Shown: piece after piece, positions 1-9,194 of the stretch
Layout: the number at the start of each line of letters is the position of its first letter
Position numbering within the stretch: position 1 is the stretch's first letter
DNA from: Myxococcales bacterium
Lineage (GTDB): Bacteria > Myxococcota > Myxococcia > Myxococcales > Anaeromyxobacteraceae
Assembly: GCA_038320275.1 (NCBI GenBank)
Contig: JBBQEB010000100.1
Location: forward strand, 1-14,131
Length of the DNA stretch: 14,131 bases
Direction of reading: 5' to 3'
The notes under the pieces: model-generated
Seen by the model: only the letters and a program-made list of their open reading frames with translations
Database searches by the model: none
What the model was told of the DNA's origin: nothing
Position numbers and translations under genes: made by a program

Positions 1-1320
<1,320 letters not shown>

Positions 1321-1347
1321 GTTCTTGGAAATCCTCCTGGTGCGGCC

Positions 1348-1375
1348 AAGCTAAGGCGCCGGCAGGGGCTGTCAA
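1348..1375 (-). promoter_or_regulatory. sigma70-type promoter of dnaK
   Basis: The minus strand reads TTGACA (1375-1370), 16 nt, TAGCTT (1353-1348), directly upstream of the Shine-Dalgarno. Confidence 0.7.
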
Positions 1376-1539
1376 ACCGGCCGGGGAGCGATTTCCGCAG
1401 CCGGGGCTGCCGGTCGCGGCCCCTACGAGAAAAAGAGTTCACACTCGTGCCCTTGCCGCGACCCACCCCTGCTGCCCGACCGACCCATCCCGAACGTGAC
1501 TCACGCTTTTTTCGACACGGGTGCAGGGCTGACGCAGCA

Positions 1540-1555
1540 TGGCACCTCCCTTGCT
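1540..1555 (+). promoter_or_regulatory. sigma54 (-24/-12) promoter
   Basis: TGGCACCTCCCTTGCT matches TGGCAC-N5-TTGCW, with GG at 1541-1542 and GC at 1553-1554. It sits about 50 nt upstream of the ATG at 1605. Confidence 0.72.
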
Positions 1556-1604
1556 CGCGGGGCTGGACGGCAGCCTCGTTGCACGCGCGGCCGGAGATCA
1601 ACCC

Positions 1605-2681
1605 ATGCGGACGTACCCACGCCCCCCCCAACCTGTTCAGCAGCCGGGGGGCGCCGGCCGATTTGCAGTCCTCCTCAACGCCAACGCCAAGCGGGTGAAG
1701 CCCGCCGTCCAGGCCGCCCTGGCGCGCGTCATCCGAAGTGAGGATCTCTTTCTTTCGCGCACGGAGGAGGACGCCGACGCCATCGCGGGAGCAGTCCTGG
1801 AGCGCGGCTACCGGACGGTGTTCGCCGGCGGCGGAGACGGGACTTTCGTGGGCTGGGTGAACAGGATCCTCGACCGCGCCGCCCGGGACCACAAGGCTCC
1901 CCCGCGCTTCGGCGTGCTGGCGCTCGGGACGGGGAACGCAGTGGCCGAGCTGGTGGGGGCGCGCCCCTCGCGACACATCGAGCACCTCGCCGCCTTCGGG
2001 AGCGGAGCGGCGGCCCGCACGCGCCGGCTGGAGCTCCTCTCGTGCAAGGGGCGACGCACGCCCTTCGCCGGGACCGGCATCGACGCCTCCGTGCTGGCGG
2101 ATTACGACTGGCTGAAGGGGCGGCTCGGGAAATCCCCCATCTCCGCCGCGACCACCGGCATCCCGGGCTACGCGCTCTCGGTCGCGCTCCGCTCCGCGCC
2201 GCGGTACCTCGTGGAGCGGCGCGCCGCCTCCTGCGAGATCGTGAACGAGGGGGCGCGCGCATGGCGGCTCGACGGCTCGGGGCGGCGCACCGGGCGGCCG
2301 GCGGCGGCGGGGGATGTCCTCTATTCGGGCCCGTGCATGATGGCCGCCGCGAGCACCGTCCCCTTCTACGGCTTCGGGCTGAAGGCGTTCCCCTTCGCCG
2401 ATCGCGAGCGGGGGATGTTCCAGCTCCGGGTGGTGACGCGGCTCTCGGTCCCGACCTTCCTCTGGAACCTGGGCAGCATCTTCGCGGGCGAGTTCCGCCA
2501 TCCGGGGGTGCTCGACTTCCATGCGGAGCGCGTCAGCGTGCGCTTCGCCCAGCCGATGCCGCTCCAGCTCGGCGGCGACTCGGACCGGCCCTCCGCGGAG
2601 GTGACCTTCGGCATGGCGCCCGACGCGGTCGAGCTCGTCGATTTTCGGCCAGCCGCGCCGCCGCCCCGCCTCGTCACATGA
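1605..2681 (+). CDS. Diacylglycerol/lipid kinase family protein (DAGK_cat, YegS/DgkB-like), 358 aa
   Basis: Motifs VLLNANA, AGGGDGT, LALGTGNAVA, FAGTGIDA and PFYGFG. Start moved from 1539 to ATG 1605 because GGAG lies at 1593-1596 and the upstream ATG overlaps the sigma54 motif. Confidence 0.88.
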   Translation: MRTYPRPPQPVQQPGGAGRFAVLLNANAKRVKPAVQAALARVIRSEDLFLSRTEEDADAIAGAVLERGYRTVFAGGGDGTFVGWVNRILDRAARDHKAPPRFGVLALGTGNAVAELVGARPSRHIEHLAAFGSGAAARTRRLELLSCKGRRTPFAGTGIDASVLADYDWLKGRLGKSPISAATTGIPGYALSVALRSAPRYLVERRAASCEIVNEGARAWRLDGSGRRTGRPAAAGDVLYSGPCMMAAASTVPFYGFGLKAFPFADRERGMFQLRVVTRLSVPTFLWNLGSIFAGEFRHPGVLDFHAERVSVRFAQPMPLQLGGDSDRPSAEVTFGMAPDAVELVDFRPAAPPPRLVT

Positions 2682-2706
2682 GGTTCGGCACGCCGTGCGG
2701 CGCGGA

Positions 2707-3000
2707 TCAGAGGTAGTACACCACCCGCGCGTCCTCGTGCAGGAGGGCGTACACCGCCTTTCGCTGCTCCTCCGTCTCGAGCCGCGCCACCACCGTGACG
2801 GAGTGGTACTTGCCGCCGGAGCTCCGGCGCACGACCACCTGCTCGGCGGGCCCAGGCAGCACCCGCTCCACGAGGCGCCGCGCGTGCTCGGCGAAATCGT
2901 CCGCGGCGAGTCCCATGATCTTGAAGGGATAGTCGAGGGGAAGGTCGAGCTTCACCTCGAGCCCCGGCCGCGATCCCTCCCCGTCACCTTCGCCCGGCAT
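2707..3000 (-). CDS. YbeD / DUF493 family protein, 97 aa
   Basis: P.DYPFKIMG and RRSSGGKYHSVTV motifs, a C-terminal 'VYALL..D.RVVYYL', and a size typical of DUF493. Confidence 0.88.
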   Translation of the reverse strand: MPGEGDGEGSRPGLEVKLDLPLDYPFKIMGLAADDFAEHARRLVERVLPGPAEQVVVRRSSGGKYHSVTVVARLETEEQRKAVYALLHEDARVVYYL

Positions 3001-3052
3001 GGGATCTCGATAACGGAGCGCCGCGCACCGCGCAGGGGGACCGCGACCGCCT

Positions 3053-4372
3053 TTACAGCAAATTCGCAGCCAGCTCGGCCAGCGGCGACCGTTCGCCCTT
3101 GGTCATCGTCACGTGTCCGGCGAGCCGCTCCGGCTTGAACCGGTTGGCGACGTGCACGAGCCCGTTGTTGGTGGCATCCACGTAGGGATTGTCGATCTGG
3201 TACGGGTCGCCGGTGAGGACGATCTTGGTGTTGTCGCCCGCTCGCGTGATGATGGACTTCACCTCGTGCGGGGTGAGGTTCTGAGCCTCGTCCACGATGA
3301 TGAACTGATTGGGGATCGACCGCCCGCGGATGTAGGTGAGGGGCTCGATCTGCATCACGCCCAGGTCGACCAGTTCATGGTACCCGCGCCCCTGCTTCTT
3401 CTCGGAGCGGGACAGGTTCATGAGGTACTCGACGTTGTCGAAGATGGGCTGCATCCAGGGGTTCAGCTTCTCCTCCACGTCGCCCGGCAGATAGCCGATG
3501 TCGCGGCCCAGCGGGAAGATAGGCCGGGAGACGAGCAGCTTCTGATAGACCGGCTCCTCCATGGTCTTTTGCAGGCCGGCGGCGATGGCGAGCAGCGTCT
3601 TTCCCGTTCCCGCCTTGCCCACGATGGTGACGAGCCTCACCTCGTCGTTGAGGAGCAGGTCGAGCGCGAAGGACTGCTCCTTGTTGCGCGGCCGAATCCC
3701 CCACACGCCGTCCTTGGGGATCTTGACCAGTGGCACGTAGGCCTGCCGGGCCGCGCTGAACTTGCCCACCGCGCTGTGCTGCGGATTCGTCCTGTCGCGC
3801 AGCACCACGAACTCGTTCGGCGGCGGGGCGTTCGGCTGAGGGGGAGGGATGGACCCCTGCGTGTAGAAGTCGTTGACCGCCTGGCCGTCCACCTCGAGAT
3901 GGGCGACCCCGGTCCAGAGGTCGTCGATGTTCACCTCCTCGACGTCGTAGTCCTCGGCCTGCAGCCCGAGGGCGTCGGCGCGGATGCGCAGGTTCGTGTC
4001 CTTGGTGACGAGCACCGCGGGCAGCGCCGCCTCGCGGTCGCGCAGGTCGAGCGCCGTGGCAAGGATGTGATTGTCGATGGAGTGCCCGTCGCCGAGCTCC
4101 GGAGGAAGCTTCTGCTCGTGGATGAGGACGCGGAAGCTCCCCTTCGCGTCGCCCAGGGACACCCCATCCCCCAGCCTTCCGCGGGCCCTGAACTCGTCGA
4201 TGGAGCGGCTGACCTGACGGGCGTTCCGTCCCAGCGACGAGAGGTCGCGCTTGAACTGATCGATCTCCTCGATGACGTGGATGGGGACGACGACGTTGTT
4301 GTCGCCGAATCCGAAGATCGAGCGCGGGTCGTGCAGCAGGACGTTCGTGTCGAGGACGAAGTTCTTCTTCAA
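3053..4372 (-). CDS. PIN domain + PhoH-like ATPase (PhoH2/YlaK type), 439 aa
   Basis: N-terminal PIN motifs FVLDTNVLL and LVTKDTNLRI; Walker A GKAGTGKT; GYLPGD, YIRGRS, IIVDEAQN and GDPYQID. TTG start. Confidence 0.95.
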   Translation of the reverse strand: MKKNFVLDTNVLLHDPRSIFGFGDNNVVVPIHVIEEIDQFKRDLSSLGRNARQVSRSIDEFRARGRLGDGVSLGDAKGSFRVLIHEQKLPPELGDGHSIDNHILATALDLRDREAALPAVLVTKDTNLRIRADALGLQAEDYDVEEVNIDDLWTGVAHLEVDGQAVNDFYTQGSIPPPQPNAPPPNEFVVLRDRTNPQHSAVGKFSAARQAYVPLVKIPKDGVWGIRPRNKEQSFALDLLLNDEVRLVTIVGKAGTGKTLLAIAAGLQKTMEEPVYQKLLVSRPIFPLGRDIGYLPGDVEEKLNPWMQPIFDNVEYLMNLSRSEKKQGRGYHELVDLGVMQIEPLTYIRGRSIPNQFIIVDEAQNLTPHEVKSIITRAGDNTKIVLTGDPYQIDNPYVDATNNGLVHVANRFKPERLAGHVTMTKGERSPLAELAANLL

Positions 4373-4411
4373 GAGGGCCGCGCGGGAGAGGGGTGGGCTC
4401 CAGCCGATCCT

Positions 4412-6757
4412 TTATTCAGGCGCCGCCGCGCGCGCCTCCCGCTGCGTCCCCCGGCGCTCACCCCTGGGCTCGCCAAGTGCCACGGACTGATTCCGGCCGT
4501 GACGCTTCGCGTGGTAGAGGCCCGCGTCCGCGAGCTCGATGAGCTCCGCCTTCTTGCGCGCTCCCGATGGGAAGCTCGCCACGCCGACCGAGAGGGTGAC
4601 CTGCAGTGGCCCGGCGTCGCACCGGAAGATCTCCTCCGCCACCCGGGCGCGGATGCGCTCGGCGGTGCGCAGGGCTCCGTCGAGGTCCGTCTCCGGCATC
4701 ACCAGGGCGAACTCCTCCCCGCCATAGCGGGCCGCCACGTCGGTCGCGCGCGCCTCGCGCTGCAGGATGCGGGCGACACCGCGCAGCACGAAGTCGCCCA
4801 CCGGATGCCCGTAGGTGTCGTTCACGGCCTTGAAGTGGTCGATGTCGGCGAGCAGGACCGATACCTTCTTGCCGTAGCGCTGCCCGTAGGCGAGGTGCTC
4901 GTCGAGCTTCACCTGGAAGGTGCGGTGGTTCACGAGGCCGGTGAGGCCGTCGGTGATGGCGAGCCGTTCCGTGGCCTCGAAGAGCCGCGCCCGCAGGATG
5001 GCGTCGCCGGCCTGCATGGCCACCACCTCGAGCTGACGCACCACCTCGGACTGGAAGGCGCGCGGTGCGCGCGAGGCGAGCACGAGCGTGCCCACCACCG
5101 TCTCGCCAGCCTTCAGCGGAAGGACCTTCACCGACAGAAAATCGTGCAGCCGGTGGTCCTCGTCGAGCACCACCGCGCCGGCCGGATCGAGCTCGACGCC
5201 CGGCAACGACGAGCAGAGGCGCACCGCGCAGGCCACCAGTCCGCCGTTGTCGGGGAACTCGAGCCCCTCCAGCGCCGAGGCCGCGGCGCCGGACCGCCCA
5301 TCCTCTCCGTTCCCCGGAGCCCCGGCCACCGCTCGCGCCACGCGGTGGCGCACGCCCGATTCGCCCTCCTCGACCAGCGTCACCGCCCCCAGGTCCACCT
5401 TCGCCATCTCGGCCGCGACCTCCAGCACCGCGTCGAAGACCTCGCGCGGCTTGGCGGTGCGGTTGAGCCGCTCGATGGCGGCATAGAAGCGGCCCTTCTC
5501 CTCCCGGCTCCTGCGCACGTCGCGTAGGAGCGCCTCGGCCGAGACGGCGCGAGCCATCTCGGTGGCGATGCGCGTCAAGAGCCGCTCCTCGTCGTCGCTG
5601 AAGGGCACCGGGTCCATGCGGTCGGCCAGCACCACCCCGCGCAGGTGCCCCCCCACGCGCGCCAGCAGGGGAACCGCCAGCAGCGCCCGAGGGCGAGCGC
5701 CATCCTGGTAGTGGTTGGCGGACCGGATGTCGCCCTGCAGCCGGACCGCCGCCCTCCGCCGCACCACGCCGCCCAGCGGTCCTTCGCCTGCGGGAAGCAC
5801 CGCCGCGACCTCGTCGCTGTGGGACCGGCACTCCCACCGACGCAGCTCGGCGTCGTCGTCGCTGAGCAGCCACACCGCCACCGTGTGGGCTCGCAGCGCG
5901 ATCTCCGCGACCTGGAGCAGGCTCTCGGCGGCGACGTTGGTCTCCAGCACCGCGGCCTCCGCCAGCCGCGCCGCCCGCTCGCCGCGGTCGCAGTCCCCCT
6001 CCGCCTCGGATGCGGCCAGGAGCCTGAGCTGCCGGGCGCGCTCGTCGAGCTCGCGCGTGCGCCGGGCAAGGGCCGCCCCCTCCGCCCTGCGCCCCGCCGC
6101 GAGCCGCGCCCCCAGGACCGCCCGGTAGAGCGCGGCGAACGCCACCGTGAACCCGAGGTGCGCTGAGACGATCCCGAGCTTGCCTCCGGGCGCCCCGCGA
6201 CCCCACCAGGCTGCCCCCTCGAGGAGGAGGGCGAGGCCCAGCACGCACGCCCCGGCCGCGCCGGGCAAGAGCGCGAGGAGCGCCCCGACCGCCAGGTACA
6301 CGACGGGGTGCGCGGCTCCCTCGCCGCCTCCCACGCTGCCGAGCTGGGCGACGGCGAAGGCCACGACGAGGACGAGCGCCCCCAGCTCCAGATCGTCTCG
6401 GGGGGTGGTGGGGCGCGCTGCCCGGAGCGCTTCGGCCCGCCTCCAGGCGGTGAGGGCGAGCGCGGCGGCGAGCGCGGCGAAAGCGGCGAGCTGCGGCAGG
6501 CCGAGGCCAGGGTCGAAGGCGCCGCGGGTGACGAGCGCCGCGCCGCAGGCGGCGGCGAGCCCCGGCGCCCAGCGCGCGGACGCCCGGCGCAGCCTGCGTC
6601 GCGCGGGCGAGCCGAGCGGTCCCCCTTCCCCGGTGAGCTCTCCCCAGGCTGCCCGTGCCGCTGACCTCGCCCGCTGGGCCGAGAGCTGAGCGCGCGTCTC
6701 CCGGGCGGTTCCAAGCGGCACCCTTTCCGCCGGCGCGACGTCGGGGGGCGGCGTCAC
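4412..6757 (-). CDS. Membrane-bound GAF-GAF-GGDEF diguanylate cyclase (DmxA-like), 781 aa
   Basis: Several N-terminal hydrophobic helices and two GAF-like segments (LLAVPLL...GVVLAD; VLPLKAGETVVGTLVL). Catalytic motifs TDGLTGLVN, DIDHFKAVNDTYGHPVGD and RYGGEEF, with an RxxD I-site (RATD). The GTG start overlaps the ftsB stop (GTGA). Confidence 0.93.
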   Translation of the reverse strand: MTPPPDVAPAERVPLGTARETRAQLSAQRARSAARAAWGELTGEGGPLGSPARRRLRRASARWAPGLAAACGAALVTRGAFDPGLGLPQLAAFAALAAALALTAWRRAEALRAARPTTPRDDLELGALVLVVAFAVAQLGSVGGGEGAAHPVVYLAVGALLALLPGAAGACVLGLALLLEGAAWWGRGAPGGKLGIVSAHLGFTVAFAALYRAVLGARLAAGRRAEGAALARRTRELDERARQLRLLAASEAEGDCDRGERAARLAEAAVLETNVAAESLLQVAEIALRAHTVAVWLLSDDDAELRRWECRSHSDEVAAVLPAGEGPLGGVVRRRAAVRLQGDIRSANHYQDGARPRALLAVPLLARVGGHLRGVVLADRMDPVPFSDDEERLLTRIATEMARAVSAEALLRDVRRSREEKGRFYAAIERLNRTAKPREVFDAVLEVAAEMAKVDLGAVTLVEEGESGVRHRVARAVAGAPGNGEDGRSGAAASALEGLEFPDNGGLVACAVRLCSSLPGVELDPAGAVVLDEDHRLHDFLSVKVLPLKAGETVVGTLVLASRAPRAFQSEVVRQLEVVAMQAGDAILRARLFEATERLAITDGLTGLVNHRTFQVKLDEHLAYGQRYGKKVSVLLADIDHFKAVNDTYGHPVGDFVLRGVARILQREARATDVAARYGGEEFALVMPETDLDGALRTAERIRARVAEEIFRCDAGPLQVTLSVGVASFPSGARKKAELIELADAGLYHAKRHGRNQSVALGEPRGERRGTQREARAAAPE

Positions 6758-7056
6758 CGGAGCGGGGCCTCGTCCACCTTGTAGACGAGCTCACCGGGCT
6801 TCACGTAGCCGAGCTCCTCGCGGGCGGCGCGCTCCAGCGCGGCCGGGTCGCCCGAGAGGGCCTTCACCTCGCGCCGCAGGCGGCTCACGCGCTGCCCGAG
6901 CGCCAGGTTCTCGTCCGCGAGGCGCGTCGCCTCCCGCTCCTTGACGCGCGCGTCTCGGAGCCCGCGCGGGCTCAGCGCCGAAGCGCCGAAGAGCGCGGCG
7001 AGCACGACGGCGTAGGCGATGAGGGCACGGCGGCGGGGCGCGGGGGACCTGTCCAC
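6754..7056 (-). CDS. ftsB: Cell division protein FtsB / DivIC septum formation initiator, 100 aa
   Basis: Short N-terminus, one transmembrane helix, a coiled coil (EN..L...V..L) and the signature LERAAREELGYVKPGELVY. Confidence 0.9.
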   Translation of the reverse strand: MDRSPAPRRRALIAYAVVLAALFGASALSPRGLRDARVKEREATRLADENLALGQRVSRLRREVKALSGDPAALERAAREELGYVKPGELVYKVDEAPLR

Positions 7057-7062
7057 GCCCCC

Positions 7063-7090
7063 ACGCTAGCAGCCGATATCTGGGCCGCAA
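7063..7090 (-). promoter_or_regulatory. Putative sigma70 promoter with extended -10 for ftsB, possibly leaderless
   Basis: The minus strand reads TTGCGG, 16 nt, TAGCGT (preceded by TGn), then 6 nt and the GTG start. Confidence 0.5.
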
Positions 7091-7115
7091 GAAAGCTTCC
7101 GCTGGCTCCGATGTA

Positions 7116-7150
7116 GGGGCGACGCCGCCGGTCCGGCGCCTCCTCGCCCC
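7116..7150. terminator. GC-rich hairpin just downstream of the cytochrome c gene; possible terminator or 3' stabiliser
   Basis: GGGGCGA (7116-7122) pairs with TCGCCCC (7144-7150), with an inner CGCCG/CGGCG stem. There is no poly-U tail. Confidence 0.3.
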
Positions 7151-7156
7151 CGCCCT

Positions 7157-7480
7157 TCACCGGTCAGGCTGGGCGGCAGGCTTCGGGGCGTCGCTCGCCC
7201 TCGCTTGCAGGTACGCCAGCACCGCTTCGCGGTCCTCGTCGCCCAGGTGAGCCCGCCCGCTCATGGCCGCGACCGCCTTGGCCCAGGCGGCCTGGGTGCG
7301 CTCGCCCGGATCCCGAAGGCGGTGGCAGCTCCCGCAATGCGAGCGGTAGAGCCGCGCTCCGTCGCCCTGCGGGCCGCCGGCGCTGCTCCCTCCCCCCGCA
7401 GATGAGGTCGCGCAGCCGAGCACAAGCGCGGCCACGGCGACGGCGAGCGCCGTTCGCGTCCGAGGGTGGATGGTGGTCAT
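7157..7480 (-). CDS. Monoheme c-type cytochrome lipoprotein, 107 aa
   Basis: ATG at 7480 with GGAGAG upstream. Signal peptide with lipobox VLG-C, a Gly/Ser linker, one CxxCH (CGSCH) and a candidate distal Met in W..AV..M. Confidence 0.85.
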   Translation of the reverse strand: MTTIHPRTRTALAVAVAALVLGCATSSAGGGSSAGGPQGDGARLYRSHCGSCHRLRDPGERTQAAWAKAVAAMSGRAHLGDEDREAVLAYLQARASDAPKPAAQPDR

Positions 7481-7494
7481 CGAGCTCTCCGTTC

Positions 7495-8241
7495 TCAAAA
7501 CTGGAAGGCGAGGATCCCGCGGAGCTGCGCGCGCTGGCTCGCGTCGGTGAGGCCGAAGCCGGCGGCGAGGACGAGCCAGGTGCGAGAGACGGCGAGCGAG
7601 AGCGCCGGCCCTGCGTAGTGGCCGCTCTCGACCTCGCCTCCGGGCAGGCGCGCCCATGCGCCGAACGACTCCGCGCCCACACGCACCCACGGTACCAGCT
7701 CATAGGAGGCACCCACGGCGTACGCCCCCTCGTGCTGGCGATCGCCGCCCGGGATGAGCTCGAGCTCGTAGGAGCCGTTCACCGCGACGTTGAAGGGCCC
7801 CACGTCCTTGGACAGGATGAGCTTCAGCTCGGTGGCGAACGGCTTGTCGCCGAGCCACTCCTTCTTCAGCTCGAGGTAGAGGACCGGGTCGACGAACCAC
7901 TCCCCGTAGTCGGAGAGGCGGTACCGCGTCTCGATCTTGGTCGCCTGGTAACGTGTCGCGTCGCCCTGCTCGCGGACCCAGACGTTGTAGAGCGCCACGT
8001 CCCAGCGCGGGGTGATGCCCGTCTCCAGCTCGAGCTGGTGCGTCCAGTACTGCACGCCGCCGGCCCGCGGGGCTTGCGAAAGCGTGGACCAGAGCTCGAG
8101 GTCGAGGCCGCCCGGCGGCGAGGTGGACGAGTTGTAGGTCTCGCCGTAGTAGCGGCGGTCAGCGCGCGCGACGCCCGGCGACAGGGTGGCGAGGAGCGCG
8201 AGGGTGAGGGCGCTGCGAAGGACGACGGCAAGGAGGGACAT
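7495..8241 (-). CDS. Predicted outer-membrane beta-barrel protein, 248 aa
   Basis: ATG at 8241 with GGAG upstream. Signal peptide ending ARA, many alternating amphipathic aromatic-rich strands, and a C-terminal ...GILAFQF resembling a BAM beta-signal. Confidence 0.75.
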   Translation of the reverse strand: MSLLAVVLRSALTLALLATLSPGVARADRRYYGETYNSSTSPPGGLDLELWSTLSQAPRAGGVQYWTHQLELETGITPRWDVALYNVWVREQGDATRYQATKIETRYRLSDYGEWFVDPVLYLELKKEWLGDKPFATELKLILSKDVGPFNVAVNGSYELELIPGGDRQHEGAYAVGASYELVPWVRVGAESFGAWARLPGGEVESGHYAGPALSLAVSRTWLVLAAGFGLTDASQRAQLRGILAFQF

Positions 8242-8315
8242 GGAACGGAGCTCCGGGGTGGGGTGGCGCTCGAGGTTCGGCGGCCTCCGAGGACGCTGGC
8301 AGGCGGCTCGGCGGG

Positions 8316-8984
8316 TCAAGCTTCGGCGCGCTTCACGAAGATCTCGCGCGCGATCTCGGGATCGAGCGCGATGGTGGTCTCGCCCACCTCGATGACGAAC
8401 GAGGGCGAGCGCTGGTGCAGCCTGATCTCGCTGCCGGGGATGACTCCCAGCGCAGCCAGCCGATCCATCCGATCGTGGAACTTGGGCGCGATGAACACGA
8501 TGCGCGCCGGGGTGCCCAGCTCGAAGCTGGTGAGCACCGTCACCAGCGGGCGAAGGGTCTTGGGAAGGGCGTTGCAGCAGGCACCGGGCGGAATGGCCTT
8601 GCCGTGCGGGCAGGTGGGGGGGTGGCCGAGGAGCGTGCAGACCGATTCCGTCGCCTCTGGCGAGAGGATGTGCTCGATCTCGCACGCCTGGCTCTCGGTG
8701 GCCGCGTCCGACAGCGCGAGGAGGTCCTTGAAGAGCCGCTCCGTCAGGCGGTGTCGCCGGACCACGTCGCGCGCCCTCCGCTCGCCCTGGGGCGTGAGCG
8801 CCACCCGCGGGCCATCGACGGCCACGAGCCCCGCCGAGGCGAGCTCGGAGAGGTCTGCAGCGCCCGCGCCGCCAGCGTGCGGCGCTGCGTGGGCTATCAC
8901 GTCCTCCGCGGTGTCCCGGCCCTGCTCACGTTCCGTGTAGATGGTCTCGAGAAGCTCCTCGACCTGCTGTCGCCCGAGCGTCAT
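8316..8984 (-). CDS. DtxR/IdeR/MntR-family metal-binding protein with C-terminal FeoA (SH3-like) domain, 222 aa
   Basis: LTPQG, RRHRLTE, ACEIEH and TCPHGKAIP motifs. The C-terminal RLAALGVIPGSEI...IEVGETTIALD.EIA.EIFV is FeoA-like. ATG at 8984 overlaps the upstream TGA (ATGA). Confidence 0.88.
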   Translation of the reverse strand: MTLGRQQVEELLETIYTEREQGRDTAEDVIAHAAPHAGGAGAADLSELASAGLVAVDGPRVALTPQGERRARDVVRRHRLTERLFKDLLALSDAATESQACEIEHILSPEATESVCTLLGHPPTCPHGKAIPPGACCNALPKTLRPLVTVLTSFELGTPARIVFIAPKFHDRMDRLAALGVIPGSEIRLHQRSPSFVIEVGETTIALDPEIAREIFVKRAEA

Positions 8985-9190
8985 TCCCGCGCCAACCTCC
9001 GCTTTTCGAGGAAGCTCTTGAGCTTTCCGGCGAGCCCCGTCTCCTGAGGGAAGGAGTAGCCGCAGGAGGGGCAGCAGAGCACCTTGCAGCCCTTCGACAT
9101 GGGACAGCTCGGGCGGCACCCCTGTCCCTCGGCGTCGAACGCCGTGGCGCAGAGTGGGCAGGTCTCGGTGCGGCTGACGACGGCCGGCAT
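8981..9190 (-). CDS. Small cysteine-rich metal-binding protein, 69 aa, 8 Cys
   Basis: CPLC-x10-C-x3-C-x5-C-x3-CCPSCGY. It starts 4 nt after the feoB stop and its stop overlaps the next start codon. Confidence 0.8.
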   Translation of the reverse strand: MPAVVSRTETCPLCATAFDAEGQGCRPSCPMSKGCKVLCCPSCGYSFPQETGLAGKLKSFLEKRRLARE

Positions 9191-9194
9191 CGCG

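Noticed and set aside
1435..1446. GAGT-TCAC-ACTC as a CIRCE element
   Set aside because: Arm order, arm length and spacing do not match TTAGCACTC-N9-GAGTGCTAA.
2682..2706. Bidirectional terminator between the convergent kinase and ybeD genes
   Set aside because: Only a short 4-5 bp GC stem with no U-tract on either strand.
3113..5527. 804 aa plus-strand ORF
   Set aside because: Antisense to phoH and the cyclase, with no recognisable motifs. Stop-codon scarcity is expected at this GC content.
4458..6794. 778 aa alternative-frame minus-strand ORF
   Set aside because: Arg/Gly/Ala-rich shadow frame of the diguanylate cyclase.
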